The notes under the pieces are model-generated. The model did no database searches, was not told where the DNA came from, and saw only the letters and a program-made list of their open reading frames with translations. Below, piece by piece: positions 51,664 to 64,000 of a stretch of 64,000 nt of DNA; position 1 is the first letter of the stretch; every line of letters begins with the position of its first letter. Location of the stretch: assembly GCA_963575745.1 (NCBI GenBank), contig CAUYUJ010000001.1:310001-374000 (forward strand). Reading direction: 5' to 3'. Both the position numbers and the translations under genes were made by a program. Source of the stretch: Prorocentrum cordatum. Lineage: Eukaryota.

Positions 51664-51912
51664 CTGATGATGATGATGATGATGATGATGCTGATGATGA
51701 TGATGATGCTGATGATGATGATGACGATGATGATGAGGAGAACGAGGAGGAGGAGGAGGAGGACTGGTCGCCTAAGCCCTTCGAAGAAACCTTATAATCG
51801 CCCCCCCCTTACGCGTCCTCCGACCCCCCAATCCTTGACAGGCGCCGGCGCGGTGTCTTCAGCGCGCGGCCCGCAGAAGTCTCGACCCCTCTCTTGGGAC
51901 CACGTATCGTCC
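51163..51912 (+). repeat. Tandem duplication (~390 bp) with internal microsatellite
   Basis: TGCACGGTTTCCCCCGGGGCCGTAGGCGACCC...GACCACGT.TCGTCC occurs twice (~51163, ~51556). Confidence 0.9.
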
Positions 51913-52889
51913 ACGACGGGCCTCGGAGGCCGAGATCGAGGAACAACGGTCATACTGAGAAGGTCCGATTGAGATTCATGATCAGCTTGGCTCAGGATAT
52001 GCGTCTCAGCATTTCCACAAAGCACCTACACCCTGCGAAATGCTTAAGAAATCATGGGTTAAGAAATTCATAGTCTCAGAACTTGAGTAAGAGCCCAGAA
52101 TGTCCATCGAAGTCGTAGGATTTACATGAAAACATTAAGAATGATCGAGACTCTGGACGAAAACTTGGGTTTTCTTAAGCATCGCCTGGGGTGTAGCGGG
52201 GCAGACGGTGCGGAACATGAGGGCGCGCGCGCGAGCGCACAAGGGGGTAGCGGAAGGGGCAAGGCTTCTTCGAAGGAGGCTGCTTCCAAGAAGGCGATGG
52301 CCATACATCTCCAGACAAGGCCCGCACCTTCTGAGAAGCAGGTTCCTTTCAAGAAGCCTTCCCCCCTCCCCCGAATTACCCCCCTCTACGCGGGACCGAC
52401 TTGGGAAATATGGGAATCCTGGAAATCCTGGAATCTTGAAACGAATCATTACCATGACCTGTTGCTCTTCGGGGAAACGTAAGTGTCGGGTTCGGGGGAC
52501 CTGGGTTGGCCTGACGGGGTCATCACGAATATGACGTGACCCAATCTGGAACTTGACGCGACCTCCCGCTGCAAATATCCCACGAAAACTGGACCGTCAA
52601 AATCCAGGACGCGCTCGTCAAAAAGCGTCGGACCCGCGTTCTACGTTCCCTCGACTCTTGCTCCTCCGAGACATCGCCGGAGAGCCTGGCCCGCGGCCGG
52701 CCGGGCCCCGGCTGGCCGGGATGACGAGGGAGAAGCAGAACAGCGAGGCGCTGCGGTACTCCCTCGCCGGCGTGCCGGTCGACTGGGCCTCGCGCGCGCG
52801 GGGGCGCCGGCGCCGGCTCAGGCCCCGAGGGGGGGGGGAGCGGGCGGGCGGCAGTGGAGGGTGACCTCCGTGGGGGCGCAGACGAAGAG

Positions 52890-53083
52890 TTGAGCAGGGA
52901 CCGACCGTCCCGGCATTCCTATAGTCATACCACGAAGTGTTCTTAGAACCCAAACATGTTCTAATAACAAAAACAATGTTCTTAGAACATAAGCCCGACG
53001 TGTCAAAACAAGACAGTCCCAGCCAGGAATGTTCTGAGAACATTGCGTCGGAACCACCAACGGTTCTTAGAACATTATTTGGT
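52890..53083 (+). mobile_element. Family J element with 17-bp TSD
   Basis: GGGGCGCAGACGAAGAG at 52873-52889 and 53084-53100. Confidence 0.8.
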
Positions 53084-53739
53084 GGGGCGCAGACGAAGAG
53101 GGTCAGACGCACAGGCAGGGCCAGGCCCAGAAAGGGGGTGGGGGGCGGCGGGCGCCCTCTCGGTGGGCCCCGACTGGGCCAGGGCCCACGCCCCCTCGGC
53201 GTGCGCCCGCCCGCCTTGGAGTTTGCCCCCCCAGGATCGGTTGTCGACAAGTGGGGTCCTGAGGAATGGGGTCCGAAGGACGAGGTGCCTCGAGCAACGT
53301 GAATCCACCCTGGGACCCCTTCCTATCCTTATAGGACCTCATCCCTCAGGACCCCATCCTTGGACCGCCCGCGAAGAAACTACAAATAAAGGAGCAAGGT
53401 GCAATCGGTAGTTTCGGTACGCAGATGTACAAGGCGATTGTGCATTTAGGCCCGAATGCGGCGGGCGCGGAAATGGGTAGTCCGAAATGGCGGCGAAAAG
53501 CCCCTTCCTGCATCCAACATAGGAAACCTCCAGTTTGAGTTTGGTGCCCAGTCGAGTCCGTCGTGCCTCGGTGGCATTCCAAGTGCAAACCACCCAGAAC
53601 ACCCCCGAAACACGACAAAGCGGCCGCACTAAATAGTTACAGGCGTTGACAGATGCAGCGTACGGGGCTTCTGCTGACCCCCCACTCATATAAAGTGAGC
53701 GGCAGTAGACGATTTGACGGAGCACAAAATAAAAACTAA

Positions 53740-54760
53740 GAAAACAACTGAACAAAACTCGAGGGCGTTCAGTGTTTTTTCGAAAGGGGTTCTCCCGCCA
53801 GCCCAGGCTCCGAGGGTAAGCCCCCAGGAAAACCCTCCTACTCGAGGATTTTTTCGACTGTTTTTCGGGAGGTTCTGGGGGCCCACAATGAAAAGCACTA
53901 CTATTTCGGCACATCCCCCCGAAAAATCTCCGACCCCCCCCCCAAACTCGGGTGGCTTTTGTTTTTTCGGGATATCTCCAGCCAGCCCAGGCTCCAGGGG
54001 GGACCCCCCTTAAAACCCCCTAACTTTGTTTTTTTCGTGAAATGTTCCGGGGGGGTCTGGGGGGCCACACTTCAAGACAATATAATTTCAGAAAATCACC
54101 CGACAACTTACTCAACAAACATAAAACCCCAACTCCATATCTTTCTTGGGGTTCCAAGGGTTCTCCGGCAAGCCCAAGCTCCAGCGGGGAAAACCCAATG
54201 GAAAAACGTAAACTCATAGGTTTTTCTTGGTTCTTTTCCGGGGGCTCCGGGGCCCTACACTTGAAAATTCGTCCCAAACCGCAGCGAAAAGCCAACGACA
54301 AAAAACCCCAACTCTAACATTGTTCAATGTTTTTCGGTGGTTCTCCGGCCAGCGTTCCAGGGGGGAAAACTTCCAAAAACCACCAACCTCGTGGGTTTTT
54401 CGGGGGTGTTCCAGGGCGGTCTGGGGGGTCACAATTAAAAACAACATTCTTTTTGAACATCACCCCCAAAACTATAGAAAAAACATTCCAACTCGGTGGA
54501 TTTTGTAATGTTTTTCATGGTTGCTCCAGCCAGCCCAGGCTACAGAGGGCCCCCCCCCAAAAAAACAAACTCGGTGGCTTTGCTTGTGTTTTTCGGGGGG
54601 GTCCGGGGCCCCAACCTTAAAGACAAGACTATGTTTTAAACACCCCCCGAAAATCAATAGGAACATAAACTGTCACTTTCTGGAATAATTTGGGTGTTCT
54701 CCGGCCAACCCAGGCTCCAGAGGAAGAAACCTTGAACAATTTGTCGCTGGGGGGTTCCCG
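53740..54760 (+). repeat. Diverged ~180-bp tandem satellite (~6 units)
   Basis: CTCC(A/G)GCCAGCCCAGGCTCCAG-like motif at ~53794, 53976, 54163, 54343, 54524 and 54699. Confidence 0.8.
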
Positions 54761-54839
54761 GACACCACTCTGAACAACAATACCGTTTCTAAACGTCCCC
54801 CGTAAAGCATAGAAAAACCCTCGAAATCGAAATTCCCAG

Positions 54840-58482
<3,643 letters not shown>

Positions 58483-59124
58483 ACAAGGGGCACGCGTGCC
58501 AAGGATCATACAATGACGATGTGGGTCCATGGGAGATGGAGAAAACCAGGGATCGCGAGGGAGGCAGTCCTTGGCAGGCGCCGGGAAGCGTGCCGCAATT
58601 GCTGCGACACGTTGGCAAGGGACAGATTCGAAGACGGGAAGGGGCGGCTAGAAGCATGTCAGTTTGGGTATGGAGGAAGGTCGCTTGTCCTCTGTCTCGT
58701 CCTCCTTCTCCCCCTCCTCACCTCCACTTTCTCCTGTCCCGCCTCTCTTCCTCCTCCTGGTTCTCGACCTCCTCCTTGTCCTCCCCCTCTCTCCACCTTC
58801 TGGGGCGGTGCGGCGCGTGGCGGCGGAGTCGCCCTCGCCGTCGGCATGCGGCCGGGCACGCTGCGTCCTCGTCCTCCTCCTTCTCGTCCTCCTCCTCCCC
58901 CTCCACCTCCGCCTCCTCCCCCTCCCCCTCCGCTTCCTCCTCCGCCTCGCCGTCCTCGCCTCCGACCCGAGGCTGGCCCAGGCAACTCATCCTCGCCTCG
59001 GGCCGGGCGCGCGCGCGGGGGGGTCCCTGGGGGTCCCGAGACGAAAAGTACTCCGAGCCAGCCCTGGGCGAATCGGGTCAGAGATGGTGTTCCTCCTGGG
59101 CGCCGCCCTCAGGGCCACCTAAGA

Positions 59125-59945
59125 GCACGGTCGGTCGGAATAAGGGGACGGGGGCGCAGGGGGGGGGAGCGGGGGGGGGCACAGTCGGTCGGAATAAAGA
59201 GAGGAGTGCAGGGGGGGAGCGGGGGGGAGCGCACGGTCGGTCGGAATAGGGGGAGGGGGGCGCAAGGGAGGAGCGGGGGGGGAGGGCCCACGGTCGGTCG
59301 GAATAAGGGGAGGGGGACGCAAGGGGGGAACGGGGGGGGAGGGCCCACGGTCGGGGAATAAGAGGAGGGGGGCGCAGGGGAGGAGCGGGGGGGGGCCCAC
59401 GGTCGGTCGGAATAAAGGGGACGGGGGCGCAAGGGAGGAGCGGGGGGGGGCCCACGGTCGGTCGGAATAAGGGGAGGGGGGCGCAGGGGAAGAGCGGGGG
59501 GGGGCCCACGGTCGGTCGGAATAAGGGGAGGGGGGCGCAGGGGGAGCGGGGGGGGGGGGGGGGTGGCCCACGGTCGGTCGGAATAAGGGGAGAGGGGCGC
59601 AGGGGGGGAGCGGTGGGGGGGCCACGGTCGGTCAGAATAAGGGGAGAGGGGCGCAGAAGAGGAGCGGGGGGAGTGGCCCACGGTCGGGCGGAAGAAGGGG
59701 ACGGGGGCGCAAGGGGGGAGCGGGGGGGGGCCCACGGTCGGTCGGAATAAGCGGAGGGGGGCGCAAGGGGGGAGCGGAGGGGGTGGCCCACGGTCGGTCG
59801 GAATAAGGGGAGGGGGGCGCAGGGAGGGAGCGGGGGGGGTGGCCCACGGTCGGTCGGAATAATGGGAAGGGGGCGCAGGGGAGAAGCGGGGGGGGTGGCC
59901 CACGGTCGGTCGGAATAAGGGGAGGGGGGCGCAGGGGGGGAGGGG
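59125..59945 (+). repeat. ~60-bp G-rich minisatellite (~14 units)
   Basis: CACGGTCGGTCGGAATAAGGGGAGGGGGGCGCAGGGG... repeats; one more core at ~61014-61031. Confidence 0.95.
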
Positions 59946-59951
59946 GAGGGG

Positions 59952-61000
59952 CCAGCACGACCACCAGCACGACCACCAGCACCTCCACCAGAACGGCCAG
60001 CAACACGACCGCGAGCACGACCACCAGCACGACCACCAACACGACCACCAGCACCTCCAGCACGGCCAGCCACCAGCACGACCACCAGCAGAACCACCAG
60101 CACGACCACCAGCACGACCACCAGCACCTCCACCAGAACGGCCACCAACACGACCGCCAGCACGACCACCAGCACAAGCACCGGCACGCCCAGCCACCAG
60201 CACGACCACCAGCACAACCACCAGCACGACCACCAGCACGATCACCAGCACGACCACCAGCACCTCCACCAGAACGGCCACCAACACGACCGCCAGCACG
60301 ACCACCAGCACAAGCACCAGCACGACCACCAGCACGACCACCAGCACGACCACCAGCACGACCAGCCACCAGCACCTCCAGCACGGCCAGCCACCAGCAC
60401 GACCAAGCACGACCACCAACACGACCACCAGCACCTCCAGCACGGCCAGCCACCAGCACGACCACCAGCACAACCACCAGCACGACCACCAGCACGACCA
60501 CCAGCACGATCACCAGCACCTCCACCAGAACGGCCACCAACACGACCGCCAGCACGATCACCAGCACAACCACCAACGCGACCAGCCACCAGCACGACCA
60601 CCAGCACAAGCACGACCACCAGCACGACCACCAGCACGATCACCAGCACCTCCACCAGAACGGCCACCAACACGACCGCCAGCACGATCACCAGCACAAC
60701 CACCAACGCGACCAGCCACCAGCACGACCACCAGCACAACCGCCAGCACGACCACCAGCACGACCACCAGCCCAGCACGACCACCAGCACGACCACCAGC
60801 ACGACCAGCCAGCAGCACGACCACCAGCTCGACCACCAGCACTTCCCAGCACGACCACCAGCACAAGTACCAGCACGACCACCAGCACGACTGCCAGCAC
60901 CTCCACCAGAACGGCCAGCAGCACGACCACCAGCACGACCACCAGCACGTCCACCAACCACGACCACCAGCACGGCCGCCAGCACAACCACCAGCACGAC
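59952..61000 (+). repeat. 12-bp minisatellite (CCAGCACGACCA)n
   Basis: ~1 kb array with recurrent variant blocks. Confidence 0.95.
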
Positions 61001-62905
61001 CGCATTATGGGCACACGGTCGGTCGAAATAAAGCAGTGCGAGATCACACCGGTAGGTATGATGATCAACAACGTCCGTCTCCAACACCACACCCAATACT
61101 CAATGGCATCTGCTGCAAGATCGCGCTAGCCCGCGCATGCTCGCGCGCGCAGCGGCCAACTAATGCGGTGCGACCGACGCGGCCGTGGTGGCGCTGACCG
61201 CTGTGCAATGCCCACCGGACACTTCCGTGCGACTCGGCCACTTGGGCGGGCGAGGTAGCATGGCGACGCCGACAAGGGTAGACACGATGATGAAGGTAGC
61301 GGTGATGGCGACGATGGTGGCGAAGACGACGGCAAAGCCAATGACGGCGCCGATGTTGATCACGCCCGCAAATAAAGATGACAATGTCTTCACGTCGGCG
61401 ATGAAGGTTTTGGAAGGAGTTCGACATGCGCGCGCGGCCAACGTGCGCGAGTGTCCCGCGTGGTACTATTTGACCAGGATCTCGCCCCCCCAGCACGCGC
61501 GCAAGGGAAGTGGCGTTCGGATGAATTCGGCATGCTGCGCGAGCGACCCGTGTGGCAGAATGTGATGACAATGTTGAAAGCCTACTGTTTCCTGGAGTGT
61601 TCGCAAGAGTGCGCACGCATTTTTTCCTAAAAAACTGTTGTTGCAATCCGTACGCTCGTTTTGGAAATCCGTACAACATCTGAAGCACACACAAAAGATT
61701 TCGGCATGCACGACGACGCGGGCGTGTCCCTTCGTCGAATTTGTTGCAAAGGATTCTTGCGACAGCACGCGCGCAAGGGCGTTCAAACGATTTCGACATG
61801 CGCGCGCGAGAAGCCCGTTTAGTGAATTGTACGAACCGTGTTTTTGAACAACAGAAATGAATGGTTGTCCTTGAAATCGGCAAGAACGCGAACGCAGAAT
61901 CTTTGTTTTCAAAATCCGCGTTACGGAAACATGTTTGTGTTCATCTGTTGTCGTGACGCTCGGTTTTGGAATCCCTACGACACCTACGGATGTTAAATGA
62001 TATCGGCATGCGCGCGCGGCGACCCGCGCGTGAGCACGTCGTCCCCTGTTCTGCAAGGGATTCGGGGGAACTTATAATCTTTGATCAACGAATGTGCGCG
62101 CATAGTTCTGGGGAATACTGGCCTGCCTTGGGTGAAATGAATGTATAATTCGGATGGGCGATGGGGCAAGATCGAATGTAAATTGCATATCCCCAGGGGG
62201 GGGGCATTACGTCCTGGGGGGGGATCCTGCTACTCTTCTATAACAGAGAATCTACGGGCGGCGATGTGGCGGCGACGGGGCGGCGACGGCGGCAGCATAG
62301 CCGCCAGACAGACAGGCCGAGTTCCTTAGAAGACAAGCCAGGACATCTACGTGCAAGCGTTGACAAACAGTTTGTGGGGTTTGTACTTGCTTTACTAAGT
62401 GTTTGCACTTAGGGGTTCTTCTTACACTTAGAAATTCTCGCTTGCTTTGCTAAGGTATTGGATGTATCCCTAGGCCGCCCAACGTACCTTGCATCACATA
62501 TGGTGATTCACATAGCTTACACCGCATAGCGTGCAGCACGTAGATTGCTCCACGGAATTTCCACCGCATAGCTTGCATCTCCTCGCTTGCACCACGTAGC
62601 CTATACATACACAGTGCAATCATGTCATGTTCGGTCCACGATGGCCTTCATACACATCTAATCTAGAATCGGTTCTTGCGCTCAGAGGGCACGCCCTAGC
62701 GGGATGAGGGAGAAGAGCGCCCAAGAGTGTACCAAGAGGGCCAACGAGGCAATGTTTCTGTCTCCGATGGGGAAGACCCGCGAATGAAGGCAAGGACCAC
62801 CCCTCTTTGAGTCGTGGGATCCGAAATCGCTCCAGGAGGCCCCAAGACACCCCCAAAGAGTTCCAAGATGTCCCCAAAAGGGCCTAAATGAATTTGTTTT
62901 TCAAT

Positions 62906-63080
62906 CGGCGATAACCCGGGTTATCCAGGGGGGGGAAAGGGCCGGCCGATAATCTAACCTTCGCGCTGTGGGCTACCCTGCATATGCTCGCGCCCACCAA
63001 CCCCAGACCTGCACAACCGGAAAGGTTAGTTTATCATGGTGGGGGAGGGAGGGCAAGCCCGATAACCCGGGTTATCGCCG
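62906..63080. mobile_element. MITE-like element with perfect 20-bp self-palindromic TIRs
   Basis: CGGCGATAACCCGGGTTATC (62906-62925) / GATAACCCGGGTTATCGCCG (63061-63080). Confidence 0.65.
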
Positions 63081-63679
63081 GACCCTAAACATTTTCTTGC
63101 TTCGAGTGATCCCCACCGAAACCTTCGGCGTTTGAACCCAACGCTGCGCGCGCCTACTGGAAGGATGTGCGCAGTGCCCGGCGGCGTTGGCCAGCGCGGC
63201 GGCCGGGCCAGGTCGCAAGTTGATGTTTTCCGAATTCTAACAACCCCAAGGCCCCTGACGAGGACAAAACCGAACCCAAAACGCTTTTTGCGATCCCCCA
63301 AAAATTGGTCTGAGATAGTATCAACCTCCGGTAAGAGGAAGAGAAGGAACAGCAGCAGCACCACGGAGAAGGAGGAACAAGGAGGTGAGGCGGACCTCTC
63401 CTTCCTCCTCCTGTTCCTCCTCATCGTCCTCGTTTCTCCCCCTCCTCCTCCTCCTCCTCCTCCTCCTCCTCCTCCGTTCCCTTCTCCTCGCTCTGTTCTT
63501 CGTCCTCTTCCCTCATCATGCGCCTCGCCCCCCCCCTCTTCCCCCTTGCCCTCCTCTTCTTCGCTCCCCCGAACATGCGCGGGGCGCGCGGCGGCCCGAG
63601 GCGGAGCCCCCCCGGCACGCGGGTATCCGACATCCATGGGTGCACGTTGGCGTTGGCTCATATCTGTTACCATATGGTT

Positions 63680-63990
63680 GGAGATGCGATGGTATGATTT
63701 GCTTTGCGGCACTATGCTATTGCATGATATGCTGACAAATTATGTTATAGTATGCTCTGTTCCGTGATGTTGTTGACGGTTCGGCTCAACACATTATGTT
63801 GTGATCGGTTATGCTAGATTGTTTCGCAATGCTATGTTGCCGTGTTATGGTTTGTTATGTGATACTGTGCCATGATATGATGTGTCCTGCCATAGTGTGT
63901 TATGGTATGATCGTTTATGTTATGTTATGGTGTTATGTCGTATTATGTTATACCATGCTATGCTCTGGTATGTTATGTGATATTGTGTGT
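63680..63990. repeat. Degenerate 5-bp repeat (TGTTA/TGATA)
   Basis: Pentamer periodicity. Confidence 0.8.
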
Positions 63991-64000
63991 TGAAGGCTCG

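Noticed and set aside
59125..59945. CRISPR-like repeat/spacer pattern
   Set aside because: The intervening segments are homologous G-run variants, not unique spacers.

Overview
Repeat-dominated, GC-rich eukaryotic genomic DNA with one 100-N scaffold gap (41413-41512). The repeat style and transposon proteins suggest a dinoflagellate-like protist; this is an inference. I could not support any intact host gene, rRNA, tRNA or CRISPR array, and most ORFs in the track are artefacts of microsatellites. Four decayed protein-coding relics are recognisable: (1) an SF3/CRESS-Rep-like helicase (~1935-3360, +); (2) a CxC + KDZ (Kyakuja-Dileera-Zisupton) transposase (~4420-5698, +), which together with an orphan ORF (6669-7823) forms a co-oriented, visibly lower-GC island; (3) a ~5 kb decayed minus-strand polyprotein containing a Tpt1/KptA RNA 2'-phosphotransferase-like domain (IRATQGHS at 21401-21424); (4) a DIRS-type tyrosine recombinase (~48672-49900, -) split by a MITE. 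The rest comprises at least ten families of 130-225 bp non-autonomous elements (one with 9 copies and 8-bp TSDs), a Helentron/HINE-like family with asymmetric subterminal inverted repeats and a covarying GAA-loop mini-hairpin, fold-back satellite arrays, minisatellites (12, 24, 62, 102, 180, 225 bp) and long microsatellites.
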